NCBI GenBank assembly: GCA_016215455.1
Contig: JACRJP010000002.1
Location: 2,809-66,808 of the forward strand
DNA: 64,000 bases
Origin: Candidatus Tayloriibacteriota bacterium
GTDB lineage: Bacteria; Patescibacteriota; Minisyncoccia; Phycocordibacterales; PALSA-1337
Direction: 5' to 3'
Within the stretch, counting starts at the first letter, position 1. Every line of letters begins with the position of its first letter. The notes beneath the pieces are model-generated. The model was not told the DNA's origin and did no database searches. It saw nothing but the letters and a program-made list of their open reading frames with translations. A program made the position numbers and the translations under genes. Below, in pieces: positions 11,408 through 21,021 of the stretch.

Positions 11408-12496
11408 ATGTGCTACGATAATGATACCTACAATCTCATGAAAAAGATTCCCCTAGAAATTCTAATCGTATTCCTCCCTTGTGTCATTTTTCTCATACTC
11501 TCTCTGCTCTTTTTCCCAAAATTTCTGATCCTTATAACCCTCAACATACTTGATTTGAGTGGTTTCCAACTCATTATCGAAGGAGGAATACTCAAGGTAC
11601 TTGGAATAAGCTTCCTTATACTATCTATAAGCAGTATCCTATCTTTAATTTTTCTAAAAAAACAGTACTCTCTCAAAGACCTTACAAAAAGTTTCTGTTA
11701 CTTTTTACTTCTTGTTGGTGTGCCCGGATTCTTTTATTCATCATTAGCGTTTTACTTATTTACACATGCTGATATTCCTAAAGTAATAGAATACAGCAAA
11801 CTTTTTTCTCATTATGACAAAGTCATGTTCGGTACTGATATTTTCTTTACAATGCGACCTCTAGAAAAAATTCCTTTATTTGAATTTTTTGTTCTCCATA
11901 GCTATAGCTTATTAGTTCCTATATGTTCAGTATGTGCTCTTGGTATGTATATCTTCAAACCTCTTATATTTAGAAGATTCATTGCAAGCTTCTTTCTTGC
12001 TATGGCACTCGGCATCCCTATGTGGCATTACTTTCCAGCGGTAGCGCCAGCATCATTGTATCTCACTAATATTTTTAGACTCCACCTTGAACCAGAAGAT
12101 CAACAAGCTATCAACAATGACCGTATATCACCTCTTTTGCGAGAAAAACTAACCGAACAAAATAATCTGTATTTTGATCCTACCCTACGAAATATTAATA
12201 CGAGTAGTAATCCATCCATGCACGCAGCGTGGGGATTTATCATATTCTTCTATCTCTATATGTACTCAAAAAGATTGGTATACATCGCTGGAATCTATAG
12301 TATCCTCAATGTACTCGGGGCTCTCTATGTCGGACAACACTTTGGAATCGATATACTCACAGGTATATGTATTGCTATATTGAGTATATATACAGTCGAA
12401 AAAATCTTTACCCGATATGGTAAAGATTTTTTGGAAACACCGTATTATACAGTTAGCTACGCGATCAGAGGGATTATATACAAACTCCGTTATTGA
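11408..12496 (+). CDS. PAP2 (phosphatidic acid phosphatase type 2)-like polytopic membrane protein
   Basis: 362 aa with about 9 TM helices. Contains PSMHAAWG (like PSGH) and YVGQHFGIDILTG (like SRxxxxxHxxxD). It is the only plus-strand gene inside the pilus cluster. Confidence 0.45.
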   Translation: MCYDNDTYNLMKKIPLEILIVFLPCVIFLILSLLFFPKFLILITLNILDLSGFQLIIEGGILKVLGISFLILSISSILSLIFLKKQYSLKDLTKSFCYFLLLVGVPGFFYSSLAFYLFTHADIPKVIEYSKLFSHYDKVMFGTDIFFTMRPLEKIPLFEFFVLHSYSLLVPICSVCALGMYIFKPLIFRRFIASFFLAMALGIPMWHYFPAVAPASLYLTNIFRLHLEPEDQQAINNDRISPLLREKLTEQNNLYFDPTLRNINTSSNPSMHAAWGFIIFFYLYMYSKRLVYIAGIYSILNVLGALYVGQHFGIDILTGICIAILSIYTVEKIFTRYGKDFLETPYYTVSYAIRGIIYKLRY

Positions 12497-12980
12497 TCTG
12501 TGATGTTGTAATTGACGCTGCTGATGTAATAGATGGCCAAACTTTATTATTCCCTGAACTATCAACACACACAGTTCCAGATCCATCAGGTAAAACAGCT
12601 GCAACTGCCCACTTTGTTGCAGGACTTGTTGCACTCGAAACATCAAATGAACATATATAGTCAGTCGCAGCAGATAAGTTGTTAGTCAAACCAGTTCTGA
12701 TTGGTGTAACTGAAGTTGCAGCAAATGCACCGTTTGCACAACCTGTAGTATCACCCTTGCCAATAGCATAGTTTGTTGTTGCACCATATCCAGTTCCATC
12801 TGAATTGATTTCAAGCTGACTTCGAAGACTATTGAGAGTAGCTTTCACTGACGTAGCCTTACTTCTACTTCGAGCTGTACCAAGTGAGGCGAGTACAACT
12901 GAAGACAAAATACCAATAATAGCGATGACCACGAGCAATTCAATCAATGTGAAACCTTTTGAAAAACGATTATATTCCAT
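12474..12980 (-). CDS. type IV pilin (tandem paralog A)
   Basis: Motif SKGFTLIELLVVIAIIGILSSVVLASLGTARS followed by a Gly/Ser/Thr-rich domain with two Cys pairs. Confidence 0.75.
   Translation of the reverse strand: MEYNRFSKGFTLIELLVVIAIIGILSSVVLASLGTARSRSKATSVKATLNSLRSQLEINSDGTGYGATTNYAIGKGDTTGCANGAFAATSVTPIRTGLTNNLSAATDYICSFDVSSATSPATKWAVAAVLPDGSGTVCVDSSGNNKVWPSITSAASITTSQINNGVCI
12869..12957. repeat. 89-bp perfect direct repeat, copy 1 (5' end of pilin paralog A)
   Basis: Identical nucleotide string TTCGAGCTGTACCAAGTGAGGCGAGTACAACTGAAGAC...AATGTGAAACCT occurs again at 13424-13512. Confidence 0.8.
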
Positions 12981-13031
12981 GAGTAAATATTATTTTTTAA
13001 TACACTAAGTATATCATGCTTGAATAAAATC

Positions 13032-13068
13032 AAAAAAAACACCCGCCATACGACGGGTGTTTTTTTTG
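13032..13068. terminator. bidirectional rho-independent terminator
   Basis: A8 run, stem ACACCCG/CGGGTGT with an 8-nt loop, then T8 run. Confidence 0.7.
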
Positions 13069-13088
13069 ACAACAAACTAATTGAAATA

Positions 13089-13529
13089 TTAGTTACAGCC
13101 AGCTGATGCTACAACACCACTGATTGACTTAGCTGCACCTAAACTATCAACACACCAATTATTTCCTCCCTTGAGAGGTACTGACACTGCCCAATATGAA
13201 GCTGATGCTCCACAAGTAGCAGCACCTGCAGCGTTTGATGTTGTTGCTGAATTCAAAATATTCTTAACGGTAGCATCACCAAAGAGACCGAGAGTCTGGC
13301 AGTTCGCAGTTGAAGTTCCAGCTGTTCCAGAAGGCATATATGAATTATTTGAATCATAATAAAGTTCTGCCTGTGAACGAACCTGAGCGAGAGCTCCCTT
13401 AATTGCTGTGTCAGCAGCCTTAGTTCGAGCTGTACCAAGTGAGGCGAGTACAACTGAAGACAAAATACCAATAATAGCGATGACCACGAGCAATTCAATC
13501 AATGTGAAACCTGATGTCTTAATTTTCAT
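13089..13529 (-). CDS. type IV pilin (tandem paralog B)
   Basis: Motif TSGFTLIELLVVIAIIGILSSVVLASLGTART. The C-terminal domain carries Cys pairs. Confidence 0.75.
   Translation of the reverse strand: MKIKTSGFTLIELLVVIAIIGILSSVVLASLGTARTKAADTAIKGALAQVRSQAELYYDSNNSYMPSGTAGTSTANCQTLGLFGDATVKNILNSATTSNAAGAATCGASASYWAVSVPLKGGNNWCVDSLGAAKSISGVVASAGCN
13424..13512. repeat. 89-bp perfect direct repeat, copy 2 (5' end of pilin paralog B)
   Basis: Identical to 12869-12957 by direct comparison of the nucleotide string. Confidence 0.8.
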
Positions 13530-13688
13530 ATGTATTACTAATTTTAATATCTAAAGTGTAAGTCTACCTTACCTTTGTTCATAATTATAGCAAGATTAAC
13601 GGCCATTAATAGTAAAAAAGCTGTATTCTGTGGATAACTAGGGATTTCACCATATTTTATGGTGCATCGTCATCTTTTTTCTAACAAA

Positions 13689-14897
13689 CTACTGAGCAGC
13701 TGAGATGTTATAGATAGGAACAAGCACAGCAGCAAGAAGGAATGCTACACCGAGACCGAGCATAACAATCATAAGTGGCTCAATAAGATCAACAAGTGCA
13801 TCAACAGCCGTCTCTACTTCACGTGCATAGAATTTAGCGAGAGTCTTTAGGATGTTACCGAGTTCTCCTGTTTCTTCACCCACCTTAATCATTTGAATCA
13901 TGATACCTGGGATTTGATCGTTACCTGACAATGCCTCAGAAACAGGTTTACCTCCCTTCACTGCCTCTACGGCGCCTGCAATAATAGAGTTATATATCTT
14001 GTTATCAATCACTGATGAGGTGAGTTCAAGAGCTCGGATCATAGGAATACCCGATACAAGCATAGTATTCATGTTATCTGACAAACGTGAGAGATATAGC
14101 TTCTTATAAAGAGTACTGATATATGGAACAGAAAGCTTAAATCGATCAAACGCAATACTTCCTTCTGGAGTCTTCACAAAACGATAGATAAGGTACCCTA
14201 TAATCGCTGCAATACCAACAATAACGAAACCGTAGTGTACCAAACCGTTACTAATAGCGAGAACGACTTTGGTGTAGATAGGAATCTCCTGACCTGATTC
14301 AACAATAATTGCACTGATCTTTGGAATCACAACAGTAAACATGAGTACCATCACAGTAACGAATGTAAATACCACGAAAGCTGGGTAAATAAGAGCGCTC
14401 TTTGCCTTTGAGGTAAGTTCATATGAACGATCAAGGTAGTCAGCAAGATAATTGAATGTTTCATCAAGACGTCCTGATTCTTCACCTGCCTTTACCATAC
14501 TGATATAAAATTCAGAGAACACTGTTGGATGTTTTCCAAGAGAAGTTGAGATAGAACTACCACCCTGAAGATCATCTGCAATAGTTGCGAGTTTTACTCG
14601 AAGGAGTTTGTTCTCTGTTTCCTCCCCAAGAAGACGGAAGACTCGAAGCGCAGAGACCTGCGCCTGAAAAAGTGTTGAGAGTTGTCGTGACAAGATAACA
14701 ACATCCTTATTTGACACTCGCTCAAACCACGAAATATTTACATCAAAAATAGACTTCTTTCCTCCTGTTTCGTGAATATTTGTGATGACAAAGCCTCGTC
14801 GCTGGAGTGATGCAATAGCAATGTCGACATTAACAGCATCAATTGATCCTGTTTTTTTCTCTCCTTGAGCATCGACAGCTTGGTAAGTAAAAAGCAT
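13689..14897 (-). CDS. pilC: type IV pilus inner-membrane platform protein (GspF/PilC family)
   Basis: 402 aa with two GspF-like repeats and three TM segments. Confidence 0.85.
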   Translation of the reverse strand: MLFTYQAVDAQGEKKTGSIDAVNVDIAIASLQRRGFVITNIHETGGKKSIFDVNISWFERVSNKDVVILSRQLSTLFQAQVSALRVFRLLGEETENKLLRVKLATIADDLQGGSSISTSLGKHPTVFSEFYISMVKAGEESGRLDETFNYLADYLDRSYELTSKAKSALIYPAFVVFTFVTVMVLMFTVVIPKISAIIVESGQEIPIYTKVVLAISNGLVHYGFVIVGIAAIIGYLIYRFVKTPEGSIAFDRFKLSVPYISTLYKKLYLSRLSDNMNTMLVSGIPMIRALELTSSVIDNKIYNSIIAGAVEAVKGGKPVSEALSGNDQIPGIMIQMIKVGEETGELGNILKTLAKFYAREVETAVDALVDLIEPLMIVMLGLGVAFLLAAVLVPIYNISAAQ

Positions 14898-14902
14898 GGT
14901 GT

Positions 14903-15964
14903 TTATAACATTCTATCAAGAGTCTTAGGATTGAGCGAGTGTTGATATGCACTTTCTGCCGTAATTTCCCCTGCTCGAACAAGATCAGCGAGACATCGGT
15001 TCATATCGATCATACCTTCATTCGAACTTGTTTCAACAATAGTATTGATTTCATGAATACGTTTTTCACGAATGAGATTTGAAACAGCATTATTTGCAAT
15101 CAAAAGTTCGTATGCAGGGATAAGACCTCCTGATACTCGTGGAATAAGTCGTTGTGAAAAGATACCCGTAAGACTTCCTGCGAGCTGTACTCGAATCTGA
15201 TCCTGTTGTCCTGGTGGGAATGAGTCAATGATACGGTTAATGGTTTGTGAAGCATTATTCGTATGGAGTGTTGAGAAAATGAGGTGGCCAGTTTCAGCAG
15301 CTGTTACCGCTGTTGCCATAGTTTCGATATCTCGCATTTCACCAATAAGAGCAACGTTCACATCCTGACGAAGCATTCCAACAAGAGCTGTATGAAAATC
15401 CGGTGTATCAAAACGAACTTCTCGTTGATCGATAATCGACTTCTTTGATTCGTACATATACTCAACAGGATCTTCAATAGTAATGATATGCTCAGCTCGT
15501 GTCTGATTAATCATTTCAAGCATAGCTGCCAATGTGGTCGTCTTTCCTTGACCGATAGGTCCTACCACAAGAAAGAATCCCTGCTGTTTACGAGTGAATG
15601 TTTCAAGAATTGGAGGAAGATTAAGATCTTGAAGTGTCTTAATTGTTTTAGGAATCAAACGAAGTGCGACAGAAATAGCACCCTGACGATAAAAAGCATT
15701 TCCTCGAAAACGAGCGACACTCCCTACCGCATATGAGAAGTCCACTTCACGAAGCTCTTCAAATCGAGCTTTATTTTCTTTTGAAAGGAGCACATCGAGA
15801 AATCCATGAATATCCTTTTGAGTTAATTCAGTCTTTTTCACTAATGGCAAAAGTTGACTTGATACTCGAATGACTGGATGACGTCCTTCAGCAATGTGGA
15901 GATCAGAAGCCCCTTCTTTGAGCACCATATCTACCATTTCTTCAAGTTCTCTTTTGTAGTCCAT
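14903..15964 (-). CDS. pilT: type IV pilus retraction ATPase (PilT family)
   Basis: 353 aa. Walker A GPIGQGKTTT, Asp box, Walker B and a His box (TLHTN). Length is typical of PilT. Confidence 0.85.
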   Translation of the reverse strand: MDYKRELEEMVDMVLKEGASDLHIAEGRHPVIRVSSQLLPLVKKTELTQKDIHGFLDVLLSKENKARFEELREVDFSYAVGSVARFRGNAFYRQGAISVALRLIPKTIKTLQDLNLPPILETFTRKQQGFFLVVGPIGQGKTTTLAAMLEMINQTRAEHIITIEDPVEYMYESKKSIIDQREVRFDTPDFHTALVGMLRQDVNVALIGEMRDIETMATAVTAAETGHLIFSTLHTNNASQTINRIIDSFPPGQQDQIRVQLAGSLTGIFSQRLIPRVSGGLIPAYELLIANNAVSNLIREKRIHEINTIVETSSNEGMIDMNRCLADLVRAGEITAESAYQHSLNPKTLDRML

Positions 15965-15968
15965 ATGA

Positions 15969-16364
15969 TTAACCTTTTATTTTCTTATAAATCTTATTCA
16001 CCTCTTCAAGCACCTCCGATGGAATGGTTGAGGCTTTGATGATATATCCATCAACATGTAATTTCTGAGCTCGTTCAACATCAGAAGGAGCACTTTGATT
16101 AGTGAGCATGATCACCACAGCATTCGGAGCAAGTTTCTCTTTTCGAATTACCTCGAGAAGTTCAACCCCGTCCATTCCTGGCATTACCACATCAAGAAGA
16201 ATAATATCGGGTAACAAACCTCCATCTCGAAGTACTTTCAGTGTTTCTTCAGGCCCTGCTGCACAATGTACGTCATACCCATTCTTCGAAAACTTCAATG
16301 AGTACATATCAAGAAGGAATTTATCATCATCAACAAGAAGTAGAGAAATTGGTTTTGTAGACAT
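15969..16364 (-). CDS. single-domain response regulator (CheY-like receiver, PilH/PilG-like)
   Basis: 131 aa. Motifs LLVDDD, ...LLDVVMPGMDG, ...DGYIIK. Confidence 0.75.
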   Translation of the reverse strand: MSTKPISLLLVDDDKFLLDMYSLKFSKNGYDVHCAAGPEETLKVLRDGGLLPDIILLDVVMPGMDGVELLEVIRKEKLAPNAVVIMLTNQSAPSDVERAQKLHVDGYIIKASTIPSEVLEEVNKIYKKIKG

Positions 16365-16415
16365 AAAAGTTCTGAGTAATCTTATTATACTATAACTTCG
16401 ACCAAATTAATGACA

Positions 16416-18146
16416 TTACAGTGTATTAACTTCCTCAAATGGGATAAGTCCTTTAAATGCTTTTAACATAGCATCCTCTTTCATAGTAAGCATTCCCTTT
16501 TGACGAAGAATTTTTGAGATCTCAAGCTCTGTTGGACTTTTCATAAGAACTGATTCAATTTCTTTGTCCATCATAAACACTTCAAACACTGCCTGACGAC
16601 CTCGAGTTCCCTTTGGACATTCAGGAGTTGGTACCGCTTCATATACAGTCTTACCGATTTCAATTTGACTTCGAAATTCTGCAGGAAAATCACCGAATTG
16701 TTTGTCGACAATCGCTTTAATAGCACCTTCAACAGGAATAGGTTTTCCACCACCAGGACAGAGAGTACGAACGAGACGTTGAGCCATGGCACAGATAAGA
16801 GTTGGTGCAATAAGGTACGGATCAACTCCCATATCAATAAGACGAGGAATAACACCTGCAGCGTTATTGGTGTGAAGTGTAGAGAATACCAAGTGACCGG
16901 TAAGAGCAGCCTGTACAGCAAGCTGTGCAGTTTCTTTATCTCGAATTTCTCCCACCATGATCACATCAGGGTCCTGACGAAGTGTTGTACGGAGACCGGA
17001 CGCAAATGTATATCCAATTTCAGGGTGCACTTGTGACTGTGCAATTCCTTCCATGTTGTATTCCACTGGGTCTTCAAGTGAAAGTACGTTCATTGCCTCT
17101 TTATCAACCTCATTGAGCATGGAATATAGAGTTGTTGATTTACCGGAACCTGTTGGACCAGTAATCAAAATGAGACCGTACGGACGATGAATAGCGTCTC
17201 GAACACGAGCAAGATTGGTTGGAGTAAGCCCAACATCATCAAGTTTCTTTACCCCCTTATCAGGGTCAAGAATACGCATCACCACCTTTTCTCCGTAGTA
17301 TGCGGGGAATGTTGAGACTCGGAAGTCGATACGACGTCCTTCAATACGAGCAGAGAAACGTCCGTCTTGTGGCTTTCTCTTTTCATCAAGCTTCATGTTT
17401 GAAAGCACCTTAATACGAGCAACTACAGCGCTATGCACTTTCATTGGAAGAACAAGACTTGTATTAAGCACACCATCAACACGGAAACGAACTCGAAACT
17501 TATCATGCATTGGCTCAATATGCACATCGGATGCATTACCTTCTGTTGCATAACGAACAATCGTTGCCACAATTTTTACCACCGGAGCGTCTTCGATGAT
17601 AAGAGGTTCTGCTCCGCCAGCACTTCCAGGAATTGGCGCACCCTTTGGTGGAGTTACTGTTGAATCACTATCGACAGAGAGAACAGTTTCAAGTTCAGAG
17701 AGAGCTTTTGACACTTCCCCTGTAATACCTTTGTACATTTCAATGACCTTTTCAAAGTCTTGTGTACTGATAATAAAAATTTTATATGGAACATTTTTCT
17801 TTGCTGCAATAAAGTTCAAAGCATCACGTGCCTCAATGTTATCAGGATCAACAATACCAACTTCAAGTGCTCCATCTTTAAGAGCAAGTGGTACAAACTT
17901 ATAATGAATAGCTGATTCTTCAGGAATATACTCGAGAATTTCAAAAGGAATACTGATGTCTTGAAGAGCTCGAATTGGCACATTCATAAACTCCCCTTTT
18001 GCTATAAGAATATCTTCTGGTTTGACCCCACGATCAATCAAAGCTTTTTCAAGGGTAACATCCCCAGAGGCCGTCATCTTGCGGACCTCCTGCACATCTT
18101 CCTTTGTTATGACATTTTTCTTTAGCAGGATATCGACGACACTCAT
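16416..18146 (-). CDS. pilB: type IV pilus assembly ATPase (GspE/PilB family)
   Basis: 576 aa. N-terminal T2SSE_N-like domain, Walker A GPTGSGKSTT, His box TLHTNNA. Confidence 0.9.
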   Translation of the reverse strand: MSVVDILLKKNVITKEDVQEVRKMTASGDVTLEKALIDRGVKPEDILIAKGEFMNVPIRALQDISIPFEILEYIPEESAIHYKFVPLALKDGALEVGIVDPDNIEARDALNFIAAKKNVPYKIFIISTQDFEKVIEMYKGITGEVSKALSELETVLSVDSDSTVTPPKGAPIPGSAGGAEPLIIEDAPVVKIVATIVRYATEGNASDVHIEPMHDKFRVRFRVDGVLNTSLVLPMKVHSAVVARIKVLSNMKLDEKRKPQDGRFSARIEGRRIDFRVSTFPAYYGEKVVMRILDPDKGVKKLDDVGLTPTNLARVRDAIHRPYGLILITGPTGSGKSTTLYSMLNEVDKEAMNVLSLEDPVEYNMEGIAQSQVHPEIGYTFASGLRTTLRQDPDVIMVGEIRDKETAQLAVQAALTGHLVFSTLHTNNAAGVIPRLIDMGVDPYLIAPTLICAMAQRLVRTLCPGGGKPIPVEGAIKAIVDKQFGDFPAEFRSQIEIGKTVYEAVPTPECPKGTRGRQAVFEVFMMDKEIESVLMKSPTELEISKILRQKGMLTMKEDAMLKAFKGLIPFEEVNTL

Positions 18147-18157
18147 ATGTAGTTTAA

Positions 18158-18508
18158 TTATCTACCCGCAGCTGGAACACGTGGAGTTGAAGTAGTAGCA
18201 GAACGAGATGAAGATCCCAGTGGTGCGAATGGATTCACACGACCAATAGGGATTGCTGGAACTTCGATAGTATAGTCAACGAGTACCTTGTATTCGAGAG
18301 ATTCGAACAAAGAATTATCAATTTTAAGATTATTAAGTTGTACAAGAAGAGCTGCAATATCATCTCCTCCTGCAATAGAACCCTGAACCTCACCTGGAAT
18401 CATTGTGAAAGCTGGTTCATTGTTTCCAGAGAAACCAAAATAAGCGGCAACAGCTGCTGCTATCAGAATGACGATGATTATAATTGTTTTTGTATTTGAT
18501 CCGTTCAT
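18158..18508 (-). CDS. small signal-anchored protein in the pilus operon (possible PilP-like)
   Basis: 116 aa with one N-terminal TM helix. Located between the pilB and PilO-like genes. Confidence 0.4.
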   Translation of the reverse strand: MNGSNTKTIIIIVILIAAAVAAYFGFSGNNEPAFTMIPGEVQGSIAGGDDIAALLVQLNNLKIDNSLFESLEYKVLVDYTIEVPAIPIGRVNPFAPLGSSSRSATTSTPRVPAAGR

Positions 18509-18509
18509 G

Positions 18510-19112
18510 TTAGTTTTGGCGAAGCCAATATGTCTTAAGCTCTACAGAAAAGTCATACACATTTGAATCAGTTGGAGCAAATGAAATCTTTGTTATATCA
18601 AGAATACGAAGACTAAGTTCAAGATCGTGGAGAATATTAATAAAATTCTCATATGTCGTAGTGACATTAAAATTCATGGTCAAAGCATCATACTTTGAAA
18701 GAGATGCTGGGGCTTGCTGCTGAATACTTGGTGCTGGAGAACCAGACACACTTGCAGCACCTCCTGTTGCAGGTGCTGTCTTAGTTGAATTTCCTCCTCC
18801 TGTACGAACATTCTTGATCGAAACTCCTCGACGAGAAGTAATACCGTTGATATCGATAATCAAACGTATGTTATCAATATGATCAGGTAGCAATTTCTTG
18901 AGTCGTTCACGGTCCACCTCAGCAATACTGTTGTATGCATTAATAACTTGATCTCGTTTTTTGAGAAGCTCTTTTGAATCTTCAAGTGTCTTGCTGAATT
19001 GAGCATTTTCAGCCATGGCAGCACGCACCTTGTCATACTGACCGACAGTAAAGGTAAAGAAGATACCTATCGCGACTATTATGAGTACTAATGGAAGAAT
19101 GTTTCGGTTCAT
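18510..19112 (-). CDS. PilO-like pilus assembly protein
   Basis: 200-aa bitopic protein with a TM helix, a coiled-coil segment and a C-terminal domain. Its position follows the PilN-like gene. Confidence 0.55.
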   Translation of the reverse strand: MNRNILPLVLIIVAIGIFFTFTVGQYDKVRAAMAENAQFSKTLEDSKELLKKRDQVINAYNSIAEVDRERLKKLLPDHIDNIRLIIDINGITSRRGVSIKNVRTGGGNSTKTAPATGGAASVSGSPAPSIQQQAPASLSKYDALTMNFNVTTTYENFINILHDLELSLRILDITKISFAPTDSNVYDFSVELKTYWLRQN

Positions 19113-19117
19113 AATGG

Positions 19118-19837
19118 TTATTGACGAGTAGATGTTGCAGTTGTTGTTGCAGACGGAGTCGACACATCCGTAGGTGATGTTCCTCCACTCAAAGCACTTT
19201 CGATATATTTCTTAAATGAAATTTCTTGTGGATCAACTCCAGCACTGAAAGAAAATCCTACTGTCCCCTTATCATCGATACCGAAATCAGATACAACAGG
19301 ATCCTTGAGTACCTTACTTCCCCCGAAGACATCAGACTGGAATGCAAGCACAGGAAGAGATGTTCCTTCACCCTTCATACTCATAACAATTCTATCCTTA
19401 ACATTTGTTGGAAAAGTAACATCAAATGACTTAAATCGTACACTTGTTGTTGTTTCTCTCCCTATAACATCAAAGATATTCGCCACAGCGAGGTGGTTGT
19501 TGATTAATTCTCTCGAGAGATTTATTTTTGCATTGAAGCGCTCGAGAAACTTAATGTCTGTACCGAACTGTTCACGATTGTGTGTAATCTGTTTTTTATA
19601 ACTCTCCTGTTGCTTTTGTAATATTTTTGTCCAAGCAAATACTCCACCCGCCATAGCAACTGAGATAATGAAAACAAGAACACCAATGATACTAAAAAGA
19701 CTAACTGATTGGTGGATCTGTTGTCCTGTCTCCGGGACAAGTGGCTTTTTCGGTATGAATGATGTTTGAAATTTGGTTTCCATGGAAAAAAGGAACTGTA
19801 GTGAGTATATTATAGCCCAGAACAAACCTTCCGACAC
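19118..19837 (-). CDS. PilN-like pilus assembly protein (start may be the internal ATG near 19783)
   Basis: Bitopic protein with a Ser/Thr-rich tail. Lies immediately downstream of pilM. Confidence 0.55.
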   Translation of the reverse strand: MSEGLFWAIIYSLQFLFSMETKFQTSFIPKKPLVPETGQQIHQSVSLFSIIGVLVFIISVAMAGGVFAWTKILQKQQESYKKQITHNREQFGTDIKFLERFNAKINLSRELINNHLAVANIFDVIGRETTTSVRFKSFDVTFPTNVKDRIVMSMKGEGTSLPVLAFQSDVFGGSKVLKDPVVSDFGIDDKGTVGFSFSAGVDPQEISFKKYIESALSGGTSPTDVSTPSATTTATSTRQ

Positions 19838-19858
19838 TAGTAAAGTGTGTATATCTCG

Positions 19859-20980
19859 CTACTGAATTTCAGAAAGACGGCGTAGAGCAATACCTATAGC
19901 GACCGCGAATTCAGGACCGGCAGTTTTGAATTGTTCAGCAAGGAATGCAGGTGTTTCGAGCTTACCAAAAGGATCTGCGTATACAACATTGTTCTGGAAA
20001 CTCGTCTTAGCAAGTTCAGTAAAACCCTTAAGAAGTACTCCTCCCCCTGTAAGGATGATTTTACTGATATCTTTATTGTATTTTCTTTGATAGCCGAGCA
20101 TCACACGATTCGCTTCATAAAAAACATAGTCGAGAGTAAGACTAATAACGTCAGTTAATTCCTTATGTTCAGGTCCTCCCGTCAAACCATACACTCGCTT
20201 CATATTTTCTGCTTCAGTAACTGGAATACTCAGAGATTTTGAAATAGCTAATGTAATATCTTGTGATCCTCGATTAATAATATGAGATGTTCGCAAAAGC
20301 CCTCGCTCGATAATGTAGAGTTTTGTGGTACTTGCTCCCATATCTACCACCATATTTGCCTGAATACCTTGATCAAGTACTGCACGGAGTGAACTGAAGA
20401 GCTCTATCTCAAAGAATGATGATTGAAGTCCTGTCTTTGCCATAAGGCCTTGGTAGTTAGCGATAGATTCGTTGTGTATCGCAACAACAAGAACTTCACT
20501 TGTTCCTTTGTTGACTGGTGGTTGTGATCCAGCTGGAAGCGAAGTATCTTCAATTGCATCTTCTTTAGGAATTATTGACCAATCAAGGAGAACTTCAGTA
20601 ATTGGTACAGGAATATACTTTCGAGCTTCGAGAGTAATAATCTCTCCAATCTGTTTACTATCAGTAGCAGGGACATTAATAAAACTAATAAGGCTCGATG
20701 AGAGTGGTAATGCGGTACCACATGTCTTTGTTGTTGTTTTTGCTTCACGCAAAATATCAGTAAGCGCCTGAGCTGTTTTTTCGAGAGTAAGGTTAGTTGC
20801 ACGTCCAATTTCAGTGCCTCCATAAGGACCGAGAGCAAGTTCACCATAGGTTTCAAGAACAGCTCTTCCTTTCTTTTTCTTGATTTGTACAATCTTAATC
20901 GCTGACGAACCGATATCAATACCAAGAACACTTTGTTCCTTTTTGCCGAATATAGAAAAGATGTTCTTTAGAAAATCCAT
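19859..20980 (-). CDS. pilM: type IV pilus assembly protein PilM (actin-like ATPase fold)
   Basis: 373 aa. N-terminus GIDIGSSAIKIVQIKK... with FtsA/actin-like phosphate-binding motifs. Confidence 0.8.
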   Translation of the reverse strand: MDFLKNIFSIFGKKEQSVLGIDIGSSAIKIVQIKKKKGRAVLETYGELALGPYGGTEIGRATNLTLEKTAQALTDILREAKTTTKTCGTALPLSSSLISFINVPATDSKQIGEIITLEARKYIPVPITEVLLDWSIIPKEDAIEDTSLPAGSQPPVNKGTSEVLVVAIHNESIANYQGLMAKTGLQSSFFEIELFSSLRAVLDQGIQANMVVDMGASTTKLYIIERGLLRTSHIINRGSQDITLAISKSLSIPVTEAENMKRVYGLTGGPEHKELTDVISLTLDYVFYEANRVMLGYQRKYNKDISKIILTGGGVLLKGFTELAKTSFQNNVVYADPFGKLETPAFLAEQFKTAGPEFAVAIGIALRRLSEIQ

Positions 20981-21021
20981 ACAGAATATAGTCTAGTATA
21001 TCATAACTATTTGAGACTTTC

